Shown here piece by piece: positions 9,880 to 20,369 of a stretch of 64,000 bases of DNA. Numbering within the stretch: position 1 is the first letter of the stretch; each line of letters starts with the position of its first letter. The position numbers were made by a program, and so were the translations under genes. The DNA comes from an uncultured delta proteobacterium (lineage in GTDB: Bacteria; Myxococcota_A; Polyangia; Palsa-1104): positions 288,001-352,000 of the forward strand of contig CAWAWS010000015.1 in the NCBI GenBank assembly GCA_963785725.1. The letters are read 5' to 3'. The notes beneath the pieces were generated by a model. It was not told the origin of the DNA and did not search any database. It saw nothing but the letters and a program-made list of their open reading frames with translations.

Positions 9880-10746
9880 ATGCGCGACCTGGACCGTTGG
9901 AAAGACAAAGTCGAGATCTCGCTCGACGGCCGACAGATCTTCTTCCTGTTCTTCGGCAGTGCCGTTGCCGCTTGTTTGATCTTCGTCGTCGGTGTGCTCA
10001 TCGGCAAACGGATCGAGGCGCGCGCGTTGGCGCTGCAGCCGGCGCCGATCGAGGATCCGCTGGCGGCGCTCGATCAGCTCGGTGACGCCGACGAGGCCGA
10101 CGATGGGCTGACGTTCCACAAGGCGTTGGCGGCGCGGCAGGACAAGTCGGAAAAGGCCGACAAGCCGGACAAGGCGGAGCCGGTCAAGCCGGCCAAGGTC
10201 GCCGACAAGAGCGACAAGCCCGACGCCAAGCTCGACGCGAAGGCCGACGCCAAGCTCGACGCGAAGGCCGACAAGGCCGACAAGGGCGCGCTCACGGCCA
10301 TGACCGACGACGATCTCGACGTGAAGTCGGAGCCGTCGTCGGGCAAGCCGGAGGCGGTCGCGGCCAAAGACGGCGACACCGTCGCCAAGAAGAAGCCGGA
10401 CGCCAAGAGCGCCGCGCTCGCGCCCAAGCCACTGCCGCCGACCAAGGCGCAAGTGGTGCAGGCGACGCCGGCGAAGAAGCCCGACGCGAACAAGAAGACG
10501 GACGTGGCGCAGTCGCACTTTACGCTGCAGCTGTCGGCGTTCCCGGAGAAGTCGGACGCCGAGGAGTTCATGCACAAGATTCAGACGGCCGGCTATAAGC
10601 CCTTCCTCGTCGCCAGCGAGATTCCGGGCAAGGGCGTGTTCTTCCGCGTCCGCGTCGGCGACTACGCGTCGCGCCAGTCGGCCGTCGACGCCAAGGCCGA
10701 GTTCGAGCGCAAGCAGCGCATCATCGCCTACGTCGCCAAGCTCTAA
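9880..10746 (+). CDS. SPOR-domain protein (FtsN/DedD-like)
   Basis: GGAG RBS; N-terminal TM helix; K/D/A-rich linker; C-terminal FTLQLSAF...FFRVRVGDY. Confidence 0.88.
   Translation: MRDLDRWKDKVEISLDGRQIFFLFFGSAVAACLIFVVGVLIGKRIEARALALQPAPIEDPLAALDQLGDADEADDGLTFHKALAARQDKSEKADKPDKAEPVKPAKVADKSDKPDAKLDAKADAKLDAKADKADKGALTAMTDDDLDVKSEPSSGKPEAVAAKDGDTVAKKKPDAKSAALAPKPLPPTKAQVVQATPAKKPDANKKTDVAQSHFTLQLSAFPEKSDAEEFMHKIQTAGYKPFLVASEIPGKGVFFRVRVGDYASRQSAVDAKAEFERKQRIIAYVAKL
10222..10269 (+). repeat. 24-bp perfect tandem duplication in the SPOR linker
   Basis: GACGCCAAGCTCGACGCGAAGGCC twice (DAKLDAKA x2). Confidence 0.85.
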
Positions 10747-10769
10747 CTCTTCAGGCGTTACTTCAGCTT

Positions 10770-12128
10770 TTAGTTTCTCTTAATACCCGCCAAGATCGCG
10801 TCCGCCACCGGTTTCACCGTCTTGACCTGCAGCGTCGGCGCGACCTCGGGCACGATGACGAGGCGCGCGTCCGGTCGCGCCGCGGCCAGCGCCCGCGCGT
10901 CGCCGACCGTCGCCGCCGCGTCGTCGCCGCCTTGCACGATCGTGAGCGGCGTCGTCTGCGCGCGCACGAGCGGCAGCGGATCGAGGAACAGCTCCTGGCG
11001 CAAGAACGCCTCCAGATACGGCCGCAAGATGAGCCGCAGCGTCGACGACTGCAGCGGCGCGATGGCGCGGCCGGCGTGCAGCTCGGCGAGCGCGCGGTCG
11101 TACTCCATGAGCTCGGGTGCGCTCAGCGTCGCCGCCAGCTGCGCGCGCAGGACGACGGCGAGCGGGCGCGCGGCGCCGGCGACGCTGACGATGCCGTCGA
11201 CGAGCGCGGGCCAGCGCGCGCCGACCGCCAGCGCCACGAGCGCGCCCTCGCCGTGGCCGACCAAGTAGACGGCCGAGTAGTGCCGGGTGGCGCGCGCTTG
11301 CGTCACCAGCGCGGCCGCGTCGGACACGAAGTCGTCGAACGTGACGAGGCGCGCGGGCAGCGTCGAGGCGCCGACGCCGCGCTTGTCGTAGCGCAAGCTG
11401 GAGACGCCGTGCTCGGCCAGCGCCGTCGCCAGTAGCCGATAGGTGTCGGAATGCTGCGCGACGTGGCTGTTGCCGTCGCGATCGGTCGGTCCCGCGTCGG
11501 CGATGACGACGACGAGCGGCGCCGCGCCCGCCACCGACTGTGGCCGCCACACGACGCCGCGCAAGCGCGCGCCGGCGTTGTCGCAGGCGATCGTCTCGGC
11601 CACGACGTTGGCCGGCAGCGGCGCGGCGGTCGCGACCGCCGGCGCCACCGCCGCGGCGCCCGAGACGACGACGACGTGCTGCGCCGGCACCTCCGCGTGC
11701 ACGACCGCGCCTTGCGCGTCGAAGTCGACCTGGACCTCGAGCTGCGCCGCCTTGACCGTCAAATGCCGCCCCTGCGCCGTCTTCGTCGCTTGCGCCGTCG
11801 CGTCGAGCGTCACGTCGCGCTCGGCCAAGAAGAGCTTGATGGGCACGGGCGGCCGGCCGTCTTTGACGCGCTCGGCGACCAGCGCATAGCTCGCCCAGGT
11901 GCCGTTGACGATGGGCGCGGCCTCGGGCGCCACCGATTTCGTCACCGTCGTCGTGCCTTGCTGCAGCGTCACCGTATGCTGCTTGCGATCGACGGTGACG
12001 ACGAGCCGCGACGGACCGGCCGTCACGTCGCTGACGAGGACCACCCCATCGTCGCGCCACGACTCGCGCGCCAGCTCCTTGCCGCCCGCGAGCGACAAGA
12101 GCACGCCGGCCAACGCGAGCGGGAGCAT
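10770..12128 (-). CDS. Secreted alpha/beta-hydrolase-fold protein with degenerate catalytic motifs
   Basis: Signal peptide; GPTDRDGN, LRYDKRGVGAS, GHGEG (normally GHSEG), IVQGGDD. Confidence 0.8.
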   Translation of the reverse strand: MLPLALAGVLLSLAGGKELARESWRDDGVVLVSDVTAGPSRLVVTVDRKQHTVTLQQGTTTVTKSVAPEAAPIVNGTWASYALVAERVKDGRPPVPIKLFLAERDVTLDATAQATKTAQGRHLTVKAAQLEVQVDFDAQGAVVHAEVPAQHVVVVSGAAAVAPAVATAAPLPANVVAETIACDNAGARLRGVVWRPQSVAGAAPLVVVIADAGPTDRDGNSHVAQHSDTYRLLATALAEHGVSSLRYDKRGVGASTLPARLVTFDDFVSDAAALVTQARATRHYSAVYLVGHGEGALVALAVGARWPALVDGIVSVAGAARPLAVVLRAQLAATLSAPELMEYDRALAELHAGRAIAPLQSSTLRLILRPYLEAFLRQELFLDPLPLVRAQTTPLTIVQGGDDAAATVGDARALAAARPDARLVIVPEVAPTLQVKTVKPVADAILAGIKRN

Positions 12129-12175
12129 GCGCGCAGCATAGACAGCGACCCATGCGTTTGCTATCCCATCGACCC

Positions 12176-14875
12176 ATGTCGGGTGCCGTCCCCGATTCCG
12201 TCGATACGCCGTTGATGCGCCAGTACCTCGAGATCAAAGAGGCGCATCCCGATTGCGTGGTCTTTTTTCGGCTCGGCGACTTCTACGAGATGTTCTTCGA
12301 TGACGCGGTCGTCGTCGCGCGCACGCTCGATCTGACGCTGACCAGCCGCGACAAGGGCAAAGAGAACCCGATTCCGATGTGTGGCGTGCCGCACCACGCC
12401 GCCAAGCAGTATCTGGCGCGCCTGGTGGCCCTCGGCTTCAAGGTCGCGATCGCCGAGCAGGTCGAGGATCCGAAGCTGGCCAAAGGCATCGTCAAGCGCG
12501 AGGTCGTGCGCGTGGTGACGCCGGGAACGGTCATCGACGACGAGCAGCTCGATCCGAAAGCGGCGCACTATCTGGTCGCGCTCTTGGCCGAAGGCGGCGC
12601 CTGCGGGCTGGCGCACCTCGACGTGACGACGGGCGAGTTCGCGGCCACGCAGCTGCCCACGCGCGATCTCGTCGACGAGCTGGCGCGTTTGGAGCCGCGC
12701 GAGATCTTGCATGCCGGCCTCGGCGACGGCGAGCTGACGTTGTTGAAGGCGCGCGTCACGTCGTCGTGGGCGGACTTGCCGGCGCCGGGGCTCTACAACG
12801 CCGAGCGCGCGCAGGCCGAGCTGGAGACGGCGATCGGTCGCGAGCTGCCGCGTGACGGCAAGGGCCAGCCGGCGCTCGGCCCGCTGGCGCTGCGCGCGGC
12901 CATCGCCGTCGTCAACTACGCCGTCGAGACGCAGCCGACGGGCGCGCTGCCGCTGACGCAGCTGTTGCCTTACGCGCCGTCGGATCAGCTGCTCATCGAC
13001 GAGTCGACGCGCGCGAATCTCGAGCTGTTCGTGACGCTGATGGGCCACAGCAAGCGCGGCTCGCTTGCTCGGCGTGATCGACGAGACGCGCACGTCGCTC
13101 GGCGGCCGCATGCTGCGCCGCTGGCTGGCGGCGCCGCTGGTCGACGTCGCGCAGATTCGCCGCCGCCACGACGCCGTCGAGTGGCTGGTCGAGCACGCGA
13201 CCTTGCGCGCCGAGCTGCGCGCGGAGCTGGCCGAGGTCTACGACTTGGAGCGGCTCGCGGGCCGCGCGACGCTGGGCGTGGCGACGCCGCGCGATCTGTC
13301 GGCGCTGGCGCGCAGCTTGTCGCGGCTGCCCGGCATCCGCGCGCTCTTGCGCCAGTCGTTCGCCGAGGACGTCGCCGGCAAGCTGGCCCATCCCGAATTA
13401 CTAGAGCTGCCCGAAGATACGTGCGCCGACGTGGCCGCCGAGATCGCGCGCACGCTCGTCGATGATCCGCCGCCGCAATGGCGCGACGGCGGCTTCGTGC
13501 GCCGCGGCTTCAACGCCGAGCTCGACGAGCTGCAGGATCTGTCCGACGGCGGCAAGAACAAGATCCTCGAGATCGAAGCGCGCGAACGCGAACGCACCGG
13601 CATCGGCTCGCTCAAGGTCCGCTACAACCGCGTCTTCGGCTACTACTTGGAGATCACGCGGTCGAACTTGGAGCGCGTGCCGGCCGACTACGTGCGCAAG
13701 CAGACGCTGGCCAACGCCGAGCGCTACGTCACGCCCGAGCTGCAGGACTACGAGGCCAAGATCCTCGGCGCCGACGAGCGGCGCATCGCGCTCGAGCTGG
13801 AGGCGTTCGAGCGCTTGCGACGCTTGGTGGCCGACGCCGCGCGCCGCATCTTGCCGCTCGGCGACGTCATCGCGCGCATCGACGCGCTCGCGAGCTGGCC
13901 GACGTCGCGCACAACTCGGGCTACGTGCGGCCGCTCGTCGACGACAAGCTGCGGCTCGAGATCGAGGACGGCCGTCATCCCGTGGTCGAGAAGCTGGCGG
14001 CGGCGGGGCGCTTCGTGCCCAACGACGTGACGCTCGATCCCGACGACGAGCAGCTCATCGTCATCACCGGGCCGAACATGGCGGGCAAGTCGACGGCGAT
14101 GCGGCAGGTGGCGCTGATCGTCGTCATGGCGCAGATGGGCTCGTTCGTGCCGGCGAAGCGCGCGCGCGTCGGCGTGTGCGACCGCGTGTTCACGCGCGTC
14201 GGCGCCTCGGACAATCTGGCGCGCGGCGAGTCGACGTTCATGGTCGAGATGCGCGAGACGGCGCATATCTTGGCGCACGCGACGCGACGCTCGCTCGTCA
14301 TCCTCGACGAGATCGGGCGCGGCACGTCGACTTACGATGGCGTGTCGATCGCCTGGGCCGTCGCCGAGCACCTGCACGACAGAATCGGCGCGCGGACGAT
14401 GTTCGCGACGCACTACCACGAGCTGACGGCCTTGACCGAGTCGCGGGCGCGCGTGCGCAACTTCTCGACGGCGGTGCGCGAGTGGAAGGAAGAGATCGTC
14501 TTTCTGCACAAGCTCGTGCCCGGCGGCGCATCGCGCAGCTACGGCATTCAGGTCGCGCGCTTGGCCGGGCTCGACAAGGGCGTCATCGGGCGGGCGCGGC
14601 AGATCTTGGATGCGCTCGAGCGCGGCGACGAGATCGGGCCGCACGCGCTGCCGGCCGGCCAACAGCTGTCGCTGCTGGCGCCGCCCGAGGCCAAGAAGAA
14701 GCCGAGCGAAACGGCCGAGCCGGAAGCGGCGCCGACCGTCGCGGCGCCGGCCGCAAAAGCGCGGGCGAGCGCGGTCGAAGAGGCGCTCTTGCAGGCCGAT
14801 CTCGACGGCATGTCGCCGCGCGAGGCGCACGCCTTTCTCGTCGAGCTGCAGCGGCGCGCCACCCGCCGCACGTAA
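12176..14875 (+). CDS. mutS: DNA mismatch repair protein MutS (two frameshifts, ~13065 and ~13893)
   Basis: [60 protein letters not shown] spread over three frames. Confidence 0.95.
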
Positions 14876-14933
14876 TCGCTAGTTGTGCTAGCGTTTGCGC
14901 GCCATTTCGCATTCGCTGATTCGAGGAGCTGAC

Positions 14934-16532
14934 ATGGAGACCACCTTCGCGCCGGCGCGTGCGCGCCTTGCCACCGAGACCATCGAATGCCGCAACCCGG
15001 CCACGCTCGAGAAGCTCGGCGACGTGCCCAGCTTCGATCGCGCCGCCGTCGTCGAGCGCGTGGCGCGGGCGCGGCGCGCGCAAGTGCGCTGGGGTCGCGC
15101 GTCGTTCGCCGAGCGCGCGCGCGTGCTGCAACGGCTCCTCGATTACATCGTCGCGCACCAAGAGGAGATCTGTCGCCTGTGCGCGCGCGACTCGGGCAAG
15201 ACGATGGTCGACGCGATGATGGGCGAGATCTTCCCCGTCTGCGAGAAGCTGCGTTACACCATCGCGCACGGCGAGCGCGACCTGTCGCCCGAGCGGCGTG
15301 AATCGGGCGTGCTCATGCACAAAGCGGTGCGCGTGGAGTATGCGCCGCTCGGTGTCATCGGCGTCTTGTGCCCGTGGAATTTCCCGTTCCACAACATCTT
15401 CTGCCCGGTGATTCCGGCGCTGATGGCGGGCAACGGCGTCGTCGTCAAGGTGTCGGAGTGGACGTCGTGGTCGGCGGCCGATTTCCAGCACATCTTCGAC
15501 GAGGTCCTGACCGCGGCCGGTTACGACAAGGAGCTCGTGCAGGTCATCACCGGCGCCGGCGAGACCGGCTCGGCGCTGGTGACGTCGGGCGTCGACAAGA
15601 TCTTCTTCACCGGCTCGCCCGGCAACGGCAAGAAGGTGATGGCCGCCGCCGCCGAGACGCTGACGCCGGTCGTGCTCGAGCTCGGCGGCAAAGATCCGAT
15701 GATCATCTGCGACGACGCCGATCTCGACCAAGCGGCGGGCACGGCCATGCTCGGCGTCTTCACCGCCTGCGGCCAGATGTGCGTCGCCGCCGAGCGGCTC
15801 TACGTGTTCGACGGCATCTACGACGCCTTCGTGCGCAAGGTGACCGAAGCCGCGGGCAAGCTGCGCCAAGGTCCGCCGACGCGCGACTCCGGCGGCGAGT
15901 TCGACGTCGGCGCCATGACGATGCCGCGGCAGCTCGAAATCATCGCGCGCCAAGTCGACGACGCCGTGGCCAAAGGCGCGCGCGCCGTCGTCGGCGGCAA
16001 GCGCAACGACAGCCTGCGCGGCCAATTCTTCCAGCCGACGGTGCTCGTCGACGTCACGCACGACATGGCCATCGCCAAGGAAGAGACCTTCGGCCCGGTC
16101 ATGACGATCATTCGCGTGCGCGACGAAGAGGAGGCGATTCGCCTCGCCAACGACTGCGCCTACGGCCTCGGCTCGTCGGTGTTCACGAAGGACGCGGCGC
16201 GCGGCGAGCGCATCGCCAAGCAGATTTCGGCCGGCATGACCGTCGTCAACGACTACGGCCTCGCGTACATGATGCAGTCGGCGCCGTTCGGCGGCGTCGG
16301 CATCTCCGGCTTCGGGCGCATCAACGGCCGCGAAGGTCTGCGCGAGTGCTGCAACGTCAAGACCATCGTCACCGACAAGCTGCCCATTCACCAAGGGCTC
16401 AGCTTCTACCCGATCCACAAAGCGACGTTTCCGCTCTTGCAGAACGTCATTTCGATCCTCTACGGACGTGGCGTCATGGCGCGCGTCAAAGGCTTGGCCG
16501 GCGTCGCCCGGTCGCTCTGGAGCATGCGATGA
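14934..16532 (+). CDS. Aldehyde dehydrogenase (ALDH15/22-like)
   Basis: GAGGAG RBS; PWNFP, FFTGS, LELGGKDP, GQMC (catalytic Cys), EETFGP. Confidence 0.93.
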   Translation: METTFAPARARLATETIECRNPATLEKLGDVPSFDRAAVVERVARARRAQVRWGRASFAERARVLQRLLDYIVAHQEEICRLCARDSGKTMVDAMMGEIFPVCEKLRYTIAHGERDLSPERRESGVLMHKAVRVEYAPLGVIGVLCPWNFPFHNIFCPVIPALMAGNGVVVKVSEWTSWSAADFQHIFDEVLTAAGYDKELVQVITGAGETGSALVTSGVDKIFFTGSPGNGKKVMAAAAETLTPVVLELGGKDPMIICDDADLDQAAGTAMLGVFTACGQMCVAAERLYVFDGIYDAFVRKVTEAAGKLRQGPPTRDSGGEFDVGAMTMPRQLEIIARQVDDAVAKGARAVVGGKRNDSLRGQFFQPTVLVDVTHDMAIAKEETFGPVMTIIRVRDEEEAIRLANDCAYGLGSSVFTKDAARGERIAKQISAGMTVVNDYGLAYMMQSAPFGGVGISGFGRINGREGLRECCNVKTIVTDKLPIHQGLSFYPIHKATFPLLQNVISILYGRGVMARVKGLAGVARSLWSMR

Positions 16533-18181
16533 ACCCCGAGCTGAACGCCCCGAACGCCAAGTCCGACGCGAAGCCCGAGGCCAAAATCGATACGAAGATC
16601 GACGGCAAAGGCGACGTCAAGGCCAAGTGGGCGACGACGATTCCGTGCTGGGATCCGGCCACCGGCGACAAGCTCGGCGACGCGCCCGTGCAGTCGCCCG
16701 ACGAAGTGCGCGCCATCGTCGCCAACGCCCGTCGCGCGCAGGCGAGCTGGTCGCGCACGACGTTCGCCGAGCGCCGCCGCGTGCTCGGCCGCATGCTCGA
16801 CTACATCCTCGATCACGCCGACGAATTGTGCCGCGTCATCGCGCAGGACGCGGGCAAGACGCTGGAGAACGCGCTCGTCGGTGAAGTGTGGCCGATCTGC
16901 GAAAAGCTGCGCCATACGATCGCGTCCGGTGAGCGCGACCTCTCGCCCGAGCCGGTGTCGTCGGGCCTGCTCGTGCACAAGCGGGCGACGATCGAGTACC
17001 AGCCGCTCGGCGTCATCGGCGTCATCTGCCCCTGGAATTTCCCGCTGCAGAACGTGCTCGGCCCGACCATCCCGGCGCTCATGGCCGGCAACGGCGTCGT
17101 CATCAAAGTCTCCGAGTGGGTCTCGTGGTCGGCCCCGCGCATCCAGGCCATCTTCGACGCCGTCCTGTCCGAGTGCGGCTATTCGACCGATCTCGTACGG
17201 ATCATCACCGGTTATGCCGAGACCGGCGTCGCCTTGTGCGAGTCGGGCGTCGACAAGATCGTCTTCACCGGCTCCTTGCCGAACGGGCGCCGCGTCGCCA
17301 CCCAGTGCGCCAAGACGCTCACGCCCGCCATCTTGGAGCTCGGCGGCAAAGATCCGATGATTGTCTGCGACGACGCCAACATCGAGCAGGCGGCGCACGC
17401 GGCCTTGGCCGGCAGCTTCATCGCGTCGGGCCAGATGTGCTTGGCGGCCGAGCGCATCATCGTCATGGATCGCGCGCACGATCTGTTCGTCGCCCGCGTC
17501 GTCGAGCTGGCCCGCGAGCTGCGGCAGGGCAATCCGCTCGGCGGCGACAAGGTCGACGTCGGCGCCATGACGATGCCGCAGCAGGTCGAGATCGTCGAGA
17601 AGCTGGTCGCCGACGCCATCGGCAAGGGCGCCAAGGCCGAGGTCGGCGGCGCGCGCGGTCTTGGCGATCGCGGCAGCTTCTTCTTGCCGACGGTGCTCAC
17701 CGGCGTCAACCGCGACATGGCCATCGCCAAGGAAGAGACGTTCGGCCCGGTCATGTGCATCTTCCGCGTGCGCGACGACGACGATGCCGTCGCGCTGGCC
17801 AACGACACGCAATATGGCCTCGGCTCGACCGTGTTCTCGACCGATCACACGCGCGCCCGCCGCATCGCCGATCGGCTGCGCGCCGGCTCGACGGTCATCA
17901 ACGACTTCGGCTTGGCTTACATGGCCAACGCCTTGCCGTTCGGCGGCGTCGGCGGCTCGGGCTACGGTCGCCTGAACGGACGCGAAGGCATCCGCGCGAT
18001 GTGCAATCAGAAATCGGTCATGACCGATCGCCTGCCGCTGCACTTCCCGGTCAAGCTGTACCCGGTCGCCGACGGCGATTTCGGCCGCACCAAGGCCACC
18101 ATCGAGCTGCTCTATCGCCGCAATGTGGGCGCACGCGTCGCCGCCGTCGTCTCGCTCGTGCGCGGCTTGTTCAAAAATTGA
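16529..18181 (+). CDS. Aldehyde dehydrogenase, tandem paralogue
   Basis: ATGA overlap; PWNFP, FTGS, LELGGKDP, GQMC, EETFGP. Confidence 0.93.
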   Translation: MNPELNAPNAKSDAKPEAKIDTKIDGKGDVKAKWATTIPCWDPATGDKLGDAPVQSPDEVRAIVANARRAQASWSRTTFAERRRVLGRMLDYILDHADELCRVIAQDAGKTLENALVGEVWPICEKLRHTIASGERDLSPEPVSSGLLVHKRATIEYQPLGVIGVICPWNFPLQNVLGPTIPALMAGNGVVIKVSEWVSWSAPRIQAIFDAVLSECGYSTDLVRIITGYAETGVALCESGVDKIVFTGSLPNGRRVATQCAKTLTPAILELGGKDPMIVCDDANIEQAAHAALAGSFIASGQMCLAAERIIVMDRAHDLFVARVVELARELRQGNPLGGDKVDVGAMTMPQQVEIVEKLVADAIGKGAKAEVGGARGLGDRGSFFLPTVLTGVNRDMAIAKEETFGPVMCIFRVRDDDDAVALANDTQYGLGSTVFSTDHTRARRIADRLRAGSTVINDFGLAYMANALPFGGVGGSGYGRLNGREGIRAMCNQKSVMTDRLPLHFPVKLYPVADGDFGRTKATIELLYRRNVGARVAAVVSLVRGLFKN

Positions 18182-18276
18182 ACAAGCCGTAGTCTACGAA
18201 ACCCTACAGAAATCTGCATTTTTTGTGATCAGTTGGGCGTGATCGTGACGCTCGGCGGAGTACACTGTTCACAAAG

Positions 18277-19785
18277 ATGTTGCGAAAGGCCGCCAAGCTC
18301 CACACGCCGGTTCCGCCTCCGGCGATCGTGTCCGCGCCCGAGGAGGTTCGCCTCTGGCTCGGCGTGCACGACAGCTCGCGCATCGAGTGGACGGCGGCGA
18401 TCGCCTTGCCGGAGAAGGACGAGCGGCACTATCAGATCGAGTTCGACGTCGACATCCCGGCGACGCTGTTTCCCAGCCACAACGTCTGGGAGCATCTGCA
18501 GATCTTCACGCGGCTGCGCAGCCCGTCGGAAGACGGCCCGCTCGAGATCGAGCGCGACGACGCCGAAGAGCTGCGCCGCGACACGCTCGGCGTCGCCCAT
18601 CGGTTGAAGCAGCTGAAGATGCGCTTCGAGCGCGCCTGCGTGGCGGCGGCGGCGACCACGCGCGAGCAGCCCGATCCGGAGCTGAGCGAGAACCTGACCG
18701 ATATCGTCACCGCCGCGTTCGAGCTGACGGCCGAGATGCGCCGGCAGCTGCACGACGGCGCCGCGCCCGGCTTGACCGGCCTCGGTCGCGAGTGCCAGTT
18801 GGCCGACGAGTTCCTCTCGTATCAGCTGATCGACCTGTTGGCCGGTTGCGAGCGCGCGCTCGACGACATCGTGTGCGCGCCGACGTCGCGCGTGCGGGAC
18901 GCGCATTGGGCCGAGGATCTGCGCTGCCTCATCGCCGAAGGCTTGGCCGAGGAGCTCGCGCATCGGCGCGGTCGCGACTACATCAACCCGCACGCCGACG
19001 TCCCGGCGGAGCTGGCGCAGTTCATCGAGCGCGCGTCGCGGCTGAAGAAGCACTTTCAGGACGTGCTCTACCTCGACGTCGAAGCCTATTTCATGGACTC
19101 GCGCATTCGCTATTACGTCATGGTCGTCGCGGCGGTGATCGCGGCCCTCATGTTCCTGGCGATTACGGCGCTGCCCAACTCGCCGACGACCCGCGGCGCG
19201 GTCAGCGTCGGCACGTTCCTGGCCGTGTTCGCGGCGGCGTATGCGCTGCGCGACGTCATCAAAGAGGCCGTGCGCGGCTGGATCACCGGCCGTTTGATGC
19301 GTCTGTACGGCCAGCGCGTCGTGACGTTGCGGCTGCCGCGCCGCATCGATCAGGCGCGCCGCGTGCTCCTCGAGACGCGCGAGACGTTCGACGTCGACGC
19401 GCTGTCGAACGCGTTTGCACGCGGTGACGAGCGGCCAGCGACGACAATAGACCCGTCGATTGGCCGGCCGCGCTCGGTCGTGCGCATGCATTTTCGCATG
19501 CGCGCCACGCTGCACCCGTCGCAGCCGCTGGCCGAGGCGCACATCGGCAGCATCAAGCACATCTTCCGCTACGACTTGAGCCCCATCTTCTCGCGGCTCG
19601 ACAACGCCGTGAAGCAGGTGCCGGTGCTCGACGCCGGTCGCCGCGTGCGCTTCGCCGACGCGCCCAAGGAATATCGCTTCCCGGCGCGCATCTCGTTCCA
19701 GCCGTCCGACGGCGAGCGCATCGTGACGCGCGCCGACCTCGTCCTGTCCAAGCGCGGCATCGAGCGCATCGAGCCGCGCGCGTAA
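18277..19785 (+). CDS. Hypothetical membrane protein (two central TM helices)
   Basis: 502 aa, coding-like codon usage, hydrophobic hairpin near residues 280-325. Confidence 0.75.
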   Translation: MLRKAAKLHTPVPPPAIVSAPEEVRLWLGVHDSSRIEWTAAIALPEKDERHYQIEFDVDIPATLFPSHNVWEHLQIFTRLRSPSEDGPLEIERDDAEELRRDTLGVAHRLKQLKMRFERACVAAAATTREQPDPELSENLTDIVTAAFELTAEMRRQLHDGAAPGLTGLGRECQLADEFLSYQLIDLLAGCERALDDIVCAPTSRVRDAHWAEDLRCLIAEGLAEELAHRRGRDYINPHADVPAELAQFIERASRLKKHFQDVLYLDVEAYFMDSRIRYYVMVVAAVIAALMFLAITALPNSPTTRGAVSVGTFLAVFAAAYALRDVIKEAVRGWITGRLMRLYGQRVVTLRLPRRIDQARRVLLETRETFDVDALSNAFARGDERPATTIDPSIGRPRSVVRMHFRMRATLHPSQPLAEAHIGSIKHIFRYDLSPIFSRLDNAVKQVPVLDAGRRVRFADAPKEYRFPARISFQPSDGERIVTRADLVLSKRGIERIEPRA

Positions 19786-19825
19786 CTTCGCAGCGATCGC
19801 CGCTGGCGTCTGCTAGTGTCTTTGG

Positions 19826-20365
19826 ATGCCGACTGGGCGCGTGCTGATCGCGCTGTGGATCGTTTGCGCGGGCGTCGTCGCCTGGGTGTGGCTGCGACCG
19901 CTGCATGACGGGACGCTGCCGGGGCCGGTCACGCACGCTCCGCGCAAGGCGCGCCGCCTCGACCCGACCGCGGCGCCGCTGGCGCAGCCCGAGGACGAGC
20001 CGGTCGCCGAAGAGCCGGTCGCGGCGCCGGTCGCCTCCGGCCCGCCCGAGATGCCGAGCCGGCAAGATCTCGAAGGCACGATGCTCAAAGTCTCGCAGCA
20101 TGTGCTCTCGTCCTGCCGCGACGTCGAGCAGTTCGCCGGGCTGTTGACGGTGCGCCTCGTCATCGCGCGCAGCGGCAACGTGCAGTCGCTGCAGGTGCAG
20201 CCGCCGGCGGCCGAGACGCGGACGGCCGAGTGCGTGAAGCATGCGCTGCATGGCCTGTCGTTCCCGCGTTTCCGCGGCACCTACGCGCCGACGATCGAGT
20301 GGACCTACCCGTTCCTGTTCGAAGATCGCACGGCGGCGCACGCCGATCCGGCGCTGCCGAAGTAG
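19826..20365 (+). CDS. Membrane-anchored protein with AgmX/PglI (TonB-C-like) C-terminal domain
   Basis: N-terminal TM, Pro-rich linker, C...GLLTVRLVIARSGNV...AECV....LSFP...WTYPFLF. Confidence 0.72.
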   Translation: MPTGRVLIALWIVCAGVVAWVWLRPLHDGTLPGPVTHAPRKARRLDPTAAPLAQPEDEPVAEEPVAAPVASGPPEMPSRQDLEGTMLKVSQHVLSSCRDVEQFAGLLTVRLVIARSGNVQSLQVQPPAAETRTAECVKHALHGLSFPRFRGTYAPTIEWTYPFLFEDRTAAHADPALPK

Positions 20366-20369
20366 CCGG

